This document shows positions 24,975-34,000 of a DNA stretch of 64,000 nt, in pieces. The DNA lies in contig CAZHAK010000003.1 in assembly GCA_964530625.1 (NCBI GenBank), positions 35,476 to 99,475 of the forward strand. Direction: 5' to 3'. Under the pieces are notes generated by a model that was not told the origin of the DNA, made no database searches, and worked only from the letters and a program-made list of their open reading frames with translations. Positions within the stretch are counted from its first letter, which is position 1. Every line of letters starts with the position of its first letter. Source of the stretch: an uncultured Alphaproteobacteria bacterium (lineage in GTDB: Bacteria > Electryoneota > RPQS01). Made by a program: the position numbers and the translations under genes.

Positions 24975-25784
24975 ATGAAATCAGTTTTCGTATCCATTTT
25001 GTGTTTGGCGTCACTGGCGTTTGGCGCTGATCTTGAAGCTTTGCTGAAGGATGCGCGGGCGTATCATGACGGCAAACTGGCCAAGATTGAAGACATGGTG
25101 CTGGAATATACGGGCACGTTCATGGGGCCGGGCGGGGAAGGCGCGGGGATGAAGTCCACGCTCACGCGCAAGGGCGAGAAGTGGCGCATGGAAGCGACGA
25201 TGAACATGGGCGGCGGTAAGATGACGATGAACGGCGAAGAAGTGGACGCGGGCGGCGGCATGGAAACGACCGTGTTGTTCGACGGCAAGGATATGTGGAC
25301 GTCCACGATGGGGATGAAGATGAAAATGCCGCAGGACAAAGCGATGGAGCAAATGTCTTTTACGCAATATTGGAACGAGCCGCCGGCAGGGTCCAGCTTG
25401 ACCGGTGAAGAGAGTGTCAACGGCCGCAACTGCTACGTCGTGATCTATCCCGAAAACGACGTGACCGAAGCGCCGTCCAAGATGTGGATTGACAAAGAGT
25501 GGTACGTGAACGTGCGTTCGGAATCACATTTGAGCGGCAAAGTCATCAAAACGGATTTCAGCGACTTCAAAGCGGTTTCCGACGGTTACATGATTCCGCA
25601 TAAGGCTGTCGTGTACAGCGGCGATCAGAAAACCATGGACGTGACTATCACGAAAGTTGAAGTCAATCAAGGCGTGGAGGAAAGTTTGTTCGACGCGGCT
25701 TCACTCGGCGGCAGCGCAATGGATATGGATATTGAGAAACTGATGAAGCAAGCCGAAGAGATGCAAAAGCAGTACGGGAAATAG
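24975..25784 (+). CDS. LolA-like / outer-membrane lipoprotein-sorting-like secreted protein, paralog 1 (Met-rich)
   Basis: Signal peptide. Shares the YWNEPPAGSSLTGEESVNGRNCYVV and DFSDFKAVSDGYMIPHK blocks with paralog 2. Carries Met-rich inserts (MNMGGGKMTMNGEE, MWTSTMGMKMKMPQDKAMEQM). Confidence 0.7.
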   Translation: MKSVFVSILCLASLAFGADLEALLKDARAYHDGKLAKIEDMVLEYTGTFMGPGGEGAGMKSTLTRKGEKWRMEATMNMGGGKMTMNGEEVDAGGGMETTVLFDGKDMWTSTMGMKMKMPQDKAMEQMSFTQYWNEPPAGSSLTGEESVNGRNCYVVIYPENDVTEAPSKMWIDKEWYVNVRSESHLSGKVIKTDFSDFKAVSDGYMIPHKAVVYSGDQKTMDVTITKVEVNQGVEESLFDAASLGGSAMDMDIEKLMKQAEEMQKQYGK

Positions 25785-25858
25785 CCAGCGCAGGCGCTGG
25801 ACCCAATGACGCTGGCGCGTGGCGTTTTGGATTTTGATGAATTGTTAGCGGAGGGGAT

Positions 25859-26668
25859 ATGAAGTTTTTAGTTTGGATTTGCGCGGTTGCTCTTTGTCAT
25901 ACTACGTTCGCGTATGACATCGCGGAGTTTGAGCATGACGCAAAGGCACATCATACGCGGCACTTGAAGGGCATGAACGGGCTTGCGCTCGATGTGCGAG
26001 GGACGATTACGCAGCCGGATCACGACGTTTACACGATTGACGCGACGTATTCTACGCGCGGCAATAAATGGCGTACGGATGCTGTGCTCAAAAATGAAAA
26101 CGCGGATGAGGGCTTTCCGATTACCGTGCTCTTTGACGGACAGCAGACGTGGGCGCAAGTTGTCGGGATGAAGCTCAAGATTCGACCAAGCGACGTGGAT
26201 AACCGGATACGCGGGTACGTCTATTGGGATGAGCCTGCCGCCGGTTCGCAGATTGTGGGCGAAGAGACGGTTCAGGGTCGTTCGTGCTGGGTGATTTCGA
26301 CGCCGCTGAAGGAAGAGGACGGTACCGACGTCACGATGAAGAGCTGGTACGACAAAGAGTACTTTGTCCTTGTGCAGTCGGAATCTACGCTGGACGCAAA
26401 ACCCGTCCGCATGGAGTTCTCGGATTTTCGCGGCGTGAACGGAACTTACGTCATTCCGCACAAAATGCGGGCGGTGCAGGACGGCGTGCAGATTGTTGAT
26501 GCGCAAGTTCTGAAGGCGAGTTCGGGCAGCACTCTTCGCGACGCACTTTTTGACGCTGAATATCTCGACGGCGGAGACTTTCCCGATATGGGCGAATTGA
26601 TGCGCACCATGCAAATTTTCGGCAAGGTTTTTACGAACGAAGTTTCCAAGCTCCTGAAGAGCGACTGA
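25859..26668 (+). CDS. LolA-like secreted protein, paralog 2
   Basis: Same length (269 aa) as paralog 1. YWDEPAAGSQIVGEETVQGRSCWVI and EFSDFRGVNGTYVIPHK. Confidence 0.7.
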   Translation: MKFLVWICAVALCHTTFAYDIAEFEHDAKAHHTRHLKGMNGLALDVRGTITQPDHDVYTIDATYSTRGNKWRTDAVLKNENADEGFPITVLFDGQQTWAQVVGMKLKIRPSDVDNRIRGYVYWDEPAAGSQIVGEETVQGRSCWVISTPLKEEDGTDVTMKSWYDKEYFVLVQSESTLDAKPVRMEFSDFRGVNGTYVIPHKMRAVQDGVQIVDAQVLKASSGSTLRDALFDAEYLDGGDFPDMGELMRTMQIFGKVFTNEVSKLLKSD

Positions 26669-26711
26669 TTCGCCGCTGCGGTGGTTTCTTCTCAATGAAG
26701 GTGAAACAATC

Positions 26712-27431
26712 GTGATTGCAAGACTTCTGCTTTGTATTTTCCTTTTGTCCGCGGCGGGACAGTGCGCCGACATGACAAAGGAAGATTCGCTGGTTATCTT
26801 CTCGATTCACGACGAGTTTGAGAAGCTGGTCAGCGACGTCGCTGACATTCGGGCCGTCCGCGAAATGCTCGACGTGAGCAAACGCAAGGAAAAGCGCACG
26901 GTGCAGGTCGCTTACGTGCTGGGAAGTATGGCGCGATTGGAAATTCGCAGCCACGCCACGGAAGGCAGAATGAGAGCTATGATCCTGCACGACGGGAGCA
27001 ACTCTTGGCTGCTTCTGCCGATATTGGGCAAACGGCGTGTCAAAGAAGAAGACTTTCTCTTGCAGCCGCTGCGCTGGGTGTCGTGGGCGTTGGTAGATGA
27101 ACGGGCGCGCGTCGAAGGAACAGAGAGCATAAACGGACGCGAGTGCTGGAAATTGCGACTGGGCCGCCGCACAGGTTACGCGCATTTGCATCTTTGGATT
27201 GATCAGCAAGATCTTAGCGCGATTCAGGGGCAATCCGTTGATTATAACGGCGACACGCTTTCGTGGAAACATGCGGACTACCGCACCGTTTTTAAGGACT
27301 ATACATTTCCGTTTCAGACGGACACCTATCGAAACGGAGAGCACATCTCCATCGCGAAGATTCTCGAGATGGACGTCAACACGGGTTTGGATCCCGAGTT
27401 GTTTAATCTGAGCACAGCTAAACTGAAGTGA
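26712..27431 (+). CDS. LolA-like secreted protein, paralog 3 (diverged)
   Basis: Signal peptide MIARLLLCIFLLSAAGQCA. The block VEGTESINGRECWKL aligns with paralogs 1 and 2. GTG start. Confidence 0.6.
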   Translation: MIARLLLCIFLLSAAGQCADMTKEDSLVIFSIHDEFEKLVSDVADIRAVREMLDVSKRKEKRTVQVAYVLGSMARLEIRSHATEGRMRAMILHDGSNSWLLLPILGKRRVKEEDFLLQPLRWVSWALVDERARVEGTESINGRECWKLRLGRRTGYAHLHLWIDQQDLSAIQGQSVDYNGDTLSWKHADYRTVFKDYTFPFQTDTYRNGEHISIAKILEMDVNTGLDPELFNLSTAKLK

Positions 27432-27438
27432 GTGGGCC

Positions 27439-28623
27439 ATGCTACGTCAATGGGCTGCCATGCTGTTTTGCGGATTGCTGTTCTGGAGCGGCGTCGAATC
27501 CGCGAATGGCTATAACCTGCGCCGCTACACGTTTCCGACCAGCTCCTCGCAGGAAGCATTTATCAACGGCGCGTTCAACCTTTCGGGCGAATCGGAAGAC
27601 ACTACTCAGACGGGTTACAGCTTCAGCGGCACCGCCACGTACGACATGTTTTATCGCTCGCTGCCGTTCACGTACTTCATAAATTCGCGGGGCAACTTCG
27701 CTTTCATGCGCGCGACGCAAGACGACGCGGACGGCACGGAAGGCTTCGACGGATTGCTGCGCGTTCGAGGCAACAAGTATTTTACCCGCGAGCACAAATG
27801 GTTCGCGTTCGGAGCGTCGAAACTTGAATATCGTAAACTGCAATCCAGTTCTAAGGCGGACGATCCGTATTGGGACGTCACGGCGGGATTGGGTTACGGA
27901 CGCTCGATTGACGCGACGGTTTTGAAACAGGCGATTCGAATTAACCAGGACTTCAAACGGTTCGGCGTCATCAGCAGCGATATTCCTGAAGAATTTTTGC
28001 AGCAATTGGCGCGAGTGATTGACCGGCAATCGGAGTTTCGCAGTCTCTATGGAATTGTCGAGTATCGTAAGTACTGGTACGGGGCGATGGAAGACGTGAT
28101 CCGCGACGCGGGAGTTTTGATTGAAGACGGACTCGGCGCGGTCGGATTGATTCGCGTGCAGGAAGTTCTGGCAGAGCCGACGGGGCGCAGATTTCACGGC
28201 TGGGAAGTGCGCGGCGGCGGCGGCGTGGTGTTGTCGGATTTTTCCGGTGAAGCGGGCGATCCGTTAGCGTCGGCGGAGTTTGACTGGGCATTGCCGTACA
28301 CGATCAATTTGCAGTTCAGCAATAGTATTTATTCGCGCACTGTGTTTGCCGAGGACCAATCGTGGACGGCTGGCGATATTTTTCAAATCTATTACGAATT
28401 GACCAACCGTCTTGATTGGGATAACTCGCTGCAAGCGGAGTACAACGTCGCTGAGCCGCTGCCGGATTCGTGGGACGCGACGTTTACGAGCACGTTCATA
28501 TTTTATCTGGAAAATCAATTGACGTTTAATCCGTCGCTGATCGTGAATTACTTTGACGTGGACGGGCAGGACTCGAAATCAAACTGGACGCTGCTTGGCA
28601 GTATCAGTTATCGTCTGAAATAA
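27439..28623 (+). CDS. secreted hypothetical protein, probable outer-membrane beta-barrel with a helical insert
   Basis: Signal peptide. Alternating-pattern strands at both ends, C-terminal WTLLGSISYRLK, and a central helical segment (EEFLQQLARVIDRQSEFRSLYGIVEYRKYWYGAMEDVIRDAG). Confidence 0.55.
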   Translation: MLRQWAAMLFCGLLFWSGVESANGYNLRRYTFPTSSSQEAFINGAFNLSGESEDTTQTGYSFSGTATYDMFYRSLPFTYFINSRGNFAFMRATQDDADGTEGFDGLLRVRGNKYFTREHKWFAFGASKLEYRKLQSSSKADDPYWDVTAGLGYGRSIDATVLKQAIRINQDFKRFGVISSDIPEEFLQQLARVIDRQSEFRSLYGIVEYRKYWYGAMEDVIRDAGVLIEDGLGAVGLIRVQEVLAEPTGRRFHGWEVRGGGGVVLSDFSGEAGDPLASAEFDWALPYTINLQFSNSIYSRTVFAEDQSWTAGDIFQIYYELTNRLDWDNSLQAEYNVAEPLPDSWDATFTSTFIFYLENQLTFNPSLIVNYFDVDGQDSKSNWTLLGSISYRLK

Positions 28624-28677
28624 GGTTTATAGTTCGCGCAATTGCAAGGGCACTACGACCGGCCCCGCGCGACAGCT

Positions 28678-28730
28678 ATTGCGGGTCCTTCACTTCGTTC
28701 GAGGGCAAGTCCGGGGACCCACAACGGCGC
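28678..28730 (+). repeat. dispersed repeat family A, long form
   Basis: attgcgggtcc-ttcacttcgttcgagggcaagtccgg-ggacccacaacggcgc. A 10-bp stem (1 mismatch) with a loop of about 26 nt. Ends 10 nt before tRNA-Ser. Confidence 0.85.
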
Positions 28731-28739
28731 GTAGTTTCT

Positions 28740-28827
28740 GGAGAGGTGGCAGAGTGGTCGAATGCGGCAGCCTCGAAAGCTGTTGTACCGCTTGTCGGTA
28801 CCGGGGGTTCGAATCCCTCCCTCTCCG
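28740..28827 (+). tRNA. tRNA-Ser (anticodon CGA)
   Basis: Acceptor GGAGAGG/CCTCTCC, anticodon stem GCAGC/GCTGT, loop CTCGAAA, long variable arm and T loop TTCGAAT. Confidence 0.9.
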
Positions 28828-28914
28828 CAACGAGTGCGACGGAAGTTTTTCTGAAACACGAAGACTTCGCCGCACGAGAGAGTTTGTTTATGTTCGAGAA
28901 ACGAGTGAGGCGCT

Positions 28915-30045
28915 GTGCGCAAAATTCTCAAGGTCACAGCGTGGTTCTTTGTTATAGCTTGCGTTGTCCTGTTTTTACTCACGTATTTCAGCACGGATTT
29001 GTTCAGACAGTTCGGTAAGACTCCCGAGGGCGAACGCTTGCAAAGGATTCAGGCGTCGCCGCTCTATGACGGCAAGGCGCTGCAGAATCCGAGCACGTTC
29101 GGATCCGACGCCATGGGGCCGATGGCGGCGATGTTGAAGGAGATGCTATTCGGCGGGGAAATGCGCTCACCTGACGCGCCTGTTCACGCCGATGAGTTCG
29201 ATGCGCGAGCATTTGCGGCACGAGAGACGAGCGGTGTGCGGTTTGTGTGGATAGGGCACTCGACAATCTTGATTGAGGTTGACGGGTTTCGGATTCTGAC
29301 GGATCCGATTTTCAGTAAGCGTTGTTCACCGACGTCGCTGCTGGGGCCGGTGCGATTTCATGATGTCAAGATTCCGGAAGAAATTCTAAGGACAGTGGAT
29401 GTCGTGCTGATTTCGCATGATCATTTTGACCATCTTGATCTTCCTTCCATTAAGCGCTTTGCGGATATGCCGGCCAGATTCGTAGTTCCGCTTGGAATTG
29501 GAGCACACCTTGAGTCATGGGGCATTGATGCGAAGCGGATCCACGAGCGCGAATGGTGGCAGTCGGTTTCGTTATGGGACGGCGATCTTGAGTTAATTTG
29601 TACTCCCGCGCGGCACTTTTCAGGTCGCGCGATCACGCGCAATCAGACGTTGTGGGCGTCATGGGTGATTCGCACGGGAAAGCGCTCTCTCTATTTCAGC
29701 GGTGATACGGGATACTTTGAGGGATTCAAGGAGATTGGTGAAAAGTACGGGCCATTTGAATTTACGATGATTGAGATGGCCGCGTATCACGAAAAATTTT
29801 GGCCGAGTGTGCATATGTGGCCCGAGCAAGCGGTGCAAGCGCATTTAGATTTGCGCGGTGATGTGATGATGCCGATACATTGGGGCACGTTTAATCTTGC
29901 GTTTCATGCGTGGGATGAGCCGGCGGAGAGATTGGTGGCGGCTGCGAAGAGTGCGAATGTTTCCTTGATCACTCCACGTCCGGGGCAATTGGTCACCTTG
30001 GCGAACGTTCCTGCAGTCAATCCGTGGTGGCGCGAAACCCAGTAA
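28915..30045 (+). CDS. MBL-fold metallo-hydrolase (NAPE-PLD-like), N-terminal TM anchor
   Basis: The ISHDHFDHLD motif (H-x-H-x-D-H type). Resembles the Zn-dependent NAPE-PLD family. GTG start. Confidence 0.8.
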   Translation: MRKILKVTAWFFVIACVVLFLLTYFSTDLFRQFGKTPEGERLQRIQASPLYDGKALQNPSTFGSDAMGPMAAMLKEMLFGGEMRSPDAPVHADEFDARAFAARETSGVRFVWIGHSTILIEVDGFRILTDPIFSKRCSPTSLLGPVRFHDVKIPEEILRTVDVVLISHDHFDHLDLPSIKRFADMPARFVVPLGIGAHLESWGIDAKRIHEREWWQSVSLWDGDLELICTPARHFSGRAITRNQTLWASWVIRTGKRSLYFSGDTGYFEGFKEIGEKYGPFEFTMIEMAAYHEKFWPSVHMWPEQAVQAHLDLRGDVMMPIHWGTFNLAFHAWDEPAERLVAAAKSANVSLITPRPGQLVTLANVPAVNPWWRETQ

Positions 30046-30070
30046 GTCATAGGAAATTACGACACATTAT

Positions 30071-30547
30071 ATGACCACACCTGACTTACTTGCACAACTC
30101 GGCTTCTGCCATTTTTGCATCATCACGAATCTCGAAGAGATTACCGAAGAGCAAGCGCTGCGCGAGCCTTTGCCTTCGGGAAATCCGATCAATTATGTGC
30201 TGGGACATATTATCGCTTATCGGACGCATGTGTGCAAAGTGCTTGACGTCGCTCATCCGTGGAAAGACTCACAATTCAAAGTTTATGACGACACTTGGAG
30301 TCAGACGGACAGATCCAAGCTCTTGAGTTTAGCGAAACTCAAAGCCGATGAAGAGCACACGCACGCAATTTTGAAGACGGGCATCGAACAGTTCGCGGGC
30401 GACTGGGACGACTTTTGGCCAGAGCGCAAAGCAGGCAGCACGCAATCCTACGGGCGGCGCGTGCAATTCTTTTTGCAACACGAAGCGTATCACGCCGGAC
30501 AGTTGGGAAGTTTGCGACGTACACTTGGATTGCCGGGAAAGATTTAG
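30071..30547 (+). CDS. DinB family protein
   Basis: 158 aa. His triad context LGHIIAYRTH ... HEAYHAGQL. Confidence 0.8.
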   Translation: MTTPDLLAQLGFCHFCIITNLEEITEEQALREPLPSGNPINYVLGHIIAYRTHVCKVLDVAHPWKDSQFKVYDDTWSQTDRSKLLSLAKLKADEEHTHAILKTGIEQFAGDWDDFWPERKAGSTQSYGRRVQFFLQHEAYHAGQLGSLRRTLGLPGKI

Positions 30548-31693
30548 GTGAGCATTATGCCCAGAACCACAGTCAAACTTCAAGACGGCGAGAAATCAGT
30601 TTCGGCATACTTCAAGGAATTGCCGAAATCGCAGCGGGACATCGCGAAAGCTCTGCACACTCTGATTCTGAAAGTGATTCCGAAAGCGGAAGTGAAAATC
30701 AAGTGGGGCTATCCGTGGTATGAGTTGGACGGCGAGTCCTTCGCTTATCTGGCGGGAGTCGCGGACCGAGTCAACTTTGGTTTTCCTCGCGGCGCTGAGC
30801 TCTCGAGTGAGTTACTCGAAGGTACGGGCAAAGGCATGAGGCATATCAAAGTGCATTCGCTGGTGATGATTCAACCGCGCAAGTTTGCAATGTTATTGCG
30901 TGAAGCCGTACGATTGAACGAGGGAAAACCCGCGAAACCGGTCAAGAAAGTCGTTGCTCCCAAGAAAAGCAAGCCTGCGGTTAAAGTTGCATTGGCGCGC
31001 GTGGGCCGAGCGAGTCGCTGGTCGTTTGATCAGACGATGACCGCACTCAAACGCGCGGGTACTGCACAGAATGTTAAGATTTATAAGCGGCATGGGATGA
31101 TTGAGCCGCTGTATGGTGTGAGTTTTTCAAATCTGAATAGGTTTCAGAAGCAGATCAAAGTTGATCACTCACTTGCACAAAAATTGTGGGCGTCCCAAAA
31201 CGCCGACGCACGCAATCTTGCTGTAAAGATTGCCGATCCTACTTTGTTCACGGAGCAAGAGATTGAATCCTGGGTGAAGGATCAGAACTGGTACGGAAGT
31301 TGTGACATGCTGGCTGGACTGATTGGCAAAACCGTGTTTGCGCAGAAGAAAGCCGAGCAATGGATAAAGTCTAAAGACGAGTGGGCCAGCAGGACGGGTT
31401 GGAGTCTGATCGGCAGCTTGGCGCTGAATCATGCTAACGGACTTCCCGACAGCTACTTCGAGCAGCATCTACAAAGGATCGAAAAAGAAATTCACTCTGC
31501 AAAGAATTTCACGCGTCATGCGATGAATAACACGGTGATTTGCATCGGCGCGCGCAGCGAGAGTTTGCGTCAGCTCGCGATCGCCGCCGCAAAGCGTATA
31601 GGCAAAGTCGTGGTGGACCACGGTGAAACAGATTGTAAAACTCCGGAAGCAATTCCCTACATAGAAAAGATGTGGGCGAGGAAGAAAAAATAG
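30548..31693 (+). CDS. DUF1801 (YdhG-like) domain fused to a DNA alkylation repair (AlkC/AlkD-like HEAT) domain
   Basis: The N-terminal ~120 aa resemble the DUF1801 protein at 15297..15680. The C-terminal ~230 aa ([18 protein letters not shown]...[19 protein letters not shown]...) resemble the DNA_alkylation family. Confidence 0.7.
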   Translation: MSIMPRTTVKLQDGEKSVSAYFKELPKSQRDIAKALHTLILKVIPKAEVKIKWGYPWYELDGESFAYLAGVADRVNFGFPRGAELSSELLEGTGKGMRHIKVHSLVMIQPRKFAMLLREAVRLNEGKPAKPVKKVVAPKKSKPAVKVALARVGRASRWSFDQTMTALKRAGTAQNVKIYKRHGMIEPLYGVSFSNLNRFQKQIKVDHSLAQKLWASQNADARNLAVKIADPTLFTEQEIESWVKDQNWYGSCDMLAGLIGKTVFAQKKAEQWIKSKDEWASRTGWSLIGSLALNHANGLPDSYFEQHLQRIEKEIHSAKNFTRHAMNNTVICIGARSESLRQLAIAAAKRIGKVVVDHGETDCKTPEAIPYIEKMWARKKK

Positions 31694-31706
31694 TTTAGCG
31701 GTTTTG

Positions 31707-31761
31707 CCATTGTGGGTCCTTCACTTCGTTCGCGGACAAGTCTAGGGACCCACAACGGCGG
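31707..31761 (+). repeat. dispersed repeat family A, long form
   Basis: ccattgtgggtcc-ttcacttcgttcgcggacaagtctag-ggacccacaacggcgg. A perfect 10-bp stem. Ends 17 nt before the second tRNA-Ser. Confidence 0.85.
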
Positions 31762-31777
31762 AGCAGAAGTTTGGTTG

Positions 31778-31864
31778 GGAGAGGTGGCCGAGTGGTTGAA
31801 GGCACACGCTTGGAAGGCGTGCATACGGGAAATCGTATCGGGGGTTCGAATCCCCCTCTCTCCG
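31778..31864 (+). tRNA. tRNA-Ser (anticodon GGA)
   Basis: Acceptor GGAGAGG/TCTCTCC (one G-U pair), anticodon stem CACGC/GCGTG, loop TTGGAAG, long variable arm and T loop TTCGAAT. Confidence 0.9.
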
Positions 31865-31874
31865 CTGATGACTT

Positions 31875-31912
31875 AGCCCTTGACATGAGAATGTCAGGGG
31901 CTTTGTCTTTTT
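31875..31912 (+). terminator. intrinsic terminator after tRNA-Ser
   Basis: agcccttgacat-gaga-atgtcaggggct followed by ttgtcttttt. Confidence 0.8.
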
Positions 31913-32167
31913 AAACTGGCATGCATTGGTCGAGTGATTTCGGTGCTTTGGATAAGATCGCGCCTCAGATGTCGAACATCGACTCTTTGACTACATTTCC
32001 TTAAGAATTTGTTTCTATTACGATTAGAAAAGTGAGAATAGGCACCGTGACGGATTCATTTTACCTTGCACAGTTGCGGCGACGCTCCTCTATTGTTTTT
32101 CTCGCGGATTCTGAATACTGTGTAGATGGAGGAATTGGCTCAGGGATAGATTGATGACGAAGACAAC

Positions 32168-33997
32168 GTGCTGAAACTCGGGAAAATTGGTCGCCGCCTG
32201 TTGGGGTGGTTTCTTGTTGTAGCTCTGATTCCACTGGTATTTATGGGGGTTCAGGGCTACAATTCAGCGCGTCAGGCTATTGAGCAGGAGGCGTATCTGC
32301 ACATGCAAGCCGTTGCCGCGACGAAGGTCGCGCAGATTGAGATGTGGTTTGAAGAGCGTCGCCGCGATGTTTGGTTGCTCACAACGAATCCGCATTTGCT
32401 CGCCTCAGTCGAGGAGCTCGGTCGTAGTCACAGTGATAATGCAATTACACAGATAACCTCTGCACTTGAAGCCTATCGCCACCGTTCGCAAGCTTACGAC
32501 TATTTTTGCCTGTATAATGCCGCTGGAGTGCCGCTTTGCTGTACGATGGCTGGTACCGAGATGACGACAGACTTTGATCAAAGCACTTTGTTTAGGCGCG
32601 CGTCGGCAAGTGACGAGCCTGTCGTCAGTGACATCTATCTTCACGAAAGAATCGGCCCGGTCGTGCAAATTGCTGGACGATTCGCGGGCGCTGATGGTCG
32701 GACAAGGGGTTTGCTTGTTGCGACTCTGTCACTTTCGCAAACATTGAATCCGATCATTCTTGACTCAACAGGTTTAGGGCGCACGGGAGAAGCCTATATT
32801 GTGGATAGTGATCGCTGGATGTTGACACCATCGCGCTTTATGAATCATCCCGCACCGTTGACGCATCAAATGGACTCGGAAGGAATACGACGCGCGCTTG
32901 CCGGTGCTTCCGGCGCGTCGGTCTATGAGGGCTGGTACGGGGAGCCGGTGCTTGGCGCTTATTACTATATTGAAGACCGGAAATGGGCCCTGCTAGCGGA
33001 GATCAGTGCCAATGAAGCGTTCGCTCCACTTGCGACTTTTCGGCAAAGCATGATCATTGCGGCGCTTCTGACACTTGCGGCAATCCTCATAATAGTGATG
33101 TTTGTATCGCGCTCTATTAGCAATCCGATTCGTATTCTGGCCGAAGCAAGCAAACAAATATCGGCAGGAAATCTTCAGCAGACGGTGACTATACATTTGC
33201 GGGACGAGCTCGGAGATCTTGCTGAGCGGTTTAACTTCATGGTGAAATCGCTGAGAGAATCACGTGAATCCGAACGCGTGTCGTATGAATCACTCGTTCT
33301 CGCCCGTGAAGATCTATTGCGCGCGGAAAAGCTCGCGGCCGTCGGAGAGATTGCGGCGAGTATTGTGCATGAAGTCCGTAACCCACTCTCGTCAGTTAAG
33401 ATGAATTTGCAAATACTCGAGTCGCGTTTGTCTTCTGATGCCACACTTTCTGAGCACACTCGTTTGGCTCTGATGCAGACAATTCGGCTGGAAAGACTTT
33501 TGAACGAATTGTTAGATTTTTCCAGACCCATCGGCCTTGACAGATCTAAACTCTCGCTCTCTGAAATAGTAGCAGAGGCCGTTAAAACTTTTCGTACCTC
33601 CGTGGACCTTGGAGCACGACAGCTGATGGTTACTGATCACGCCGACAAATTGCTTGCAAACGCTGATCGCGATAAAGTGCATCAGATATTACTGAATTTG
33701 TTGTTGAATGCGGCACAGGCGACTGATGAACAGGGGATAATTGAGATTTCTATTGACCGGGTATTTGTTGAGTCGCGGCGAATGATTAAGATTTCTGTTC
33801 GCGACAATGGGCGCGGTATTCCTAACAGCAAATTGGAAAAGGTGTTCGAACCATTCTTTACAACCCGCAAAGACGGGACGGGACTTGGTCTGTCTAACGC
33901 GAAGAAAATTGTAGAGGCACATGGCGGCGAGATGCATATTCAAAGCGCTGTTAACGTCGGGACGACAATTGAATTTACCTTACCGGAGGCAAACTGA
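32168..33997 (+). CDS. sensor histidine kinase (periplasmic Cache-like domain, HAMP, HisKA, HATPase_c)
   Basis: Two TM helices flank a ~270-aa sensor domain. H-box HEVRNPLSS, N box LLLNAAQAT, G boxes RDNGRGI and GTGLGLS. Confidence 0.9.
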   Translation: MLKLGKIGRRLLGWFLVVALIPLVFMGVQGYNSARQAIEQEAYLHMQAVAATKVAQIEMWFEERRRDVWLLTTNPHLLASVEELGRSHSDNAITQITSALEAYRHRSQAYDYFCLYNAAGVPLCCTMAGTEMTTDFDQSTLFRRASASDEPVVSDIYLHERIGPVVQIAGRFAGADGRTRGLLVATLSLSQTLNPIILDSTGLGRTGEAYIVDSDRWMLTPSRFMNHPAPLTHQMDSEGIRRALAGASGASVYEGWYGEPVLGAYYYIEDRKWALLAEISANEAFAPLATFRQSMIIAALLTLAAILIIVMFVSRSISNPIRILAEASKQISAGNLQQTVTIHLRDELGDLAERFNFMVKSLRESRESERVSYESLVLAREDLLRAEKLAAVGEIAASIVHEVRNPLSSVKMNLQILESRLSSDATLSEHTRLALMQTIRLERLLNELLDFSRPIGLDRSKLSLSEIVAEAVKTFRTSVDLGARQLMVTDHADKLLANADRDKVHQILLNLLLNAAQATDEQGIIEISIDRVFVESRRMIKISVRDNGRGIPNSKLEKVFEPFFTTRKDGTGLGLSNAKKIVEAHGGEMHIQSAVNVGTTIEFTLPEAN

Positions 33998-34000
33998 CCT

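Noticed and set aside
25868-28197. Three long minus-strand ORFs (25868..26773, 26631..27440, 27442..28197)
   Set aside because: They are antisense to the four plus-strand secreted-protein genes, which have signal peptides, RBSs and paralog conservation. The minus-strand products are Arg-rich low-complexity sequences.
28740-31864. tRNA-Ser-flanked segment as an integrative island or prophage remnant
   Set aside because: There is no integrase, recombinase or phage gene, and no partial tRNA duplication typical of att sites. It is kept only as a low-interest recombination hypothesis.
31917-31932. TGGCATGCATTGG upstream of the histidine kinase as a sigma-54 promoter
   Set aside because: No TTGC/GC element lies at the required 12-nt offset from the GG.
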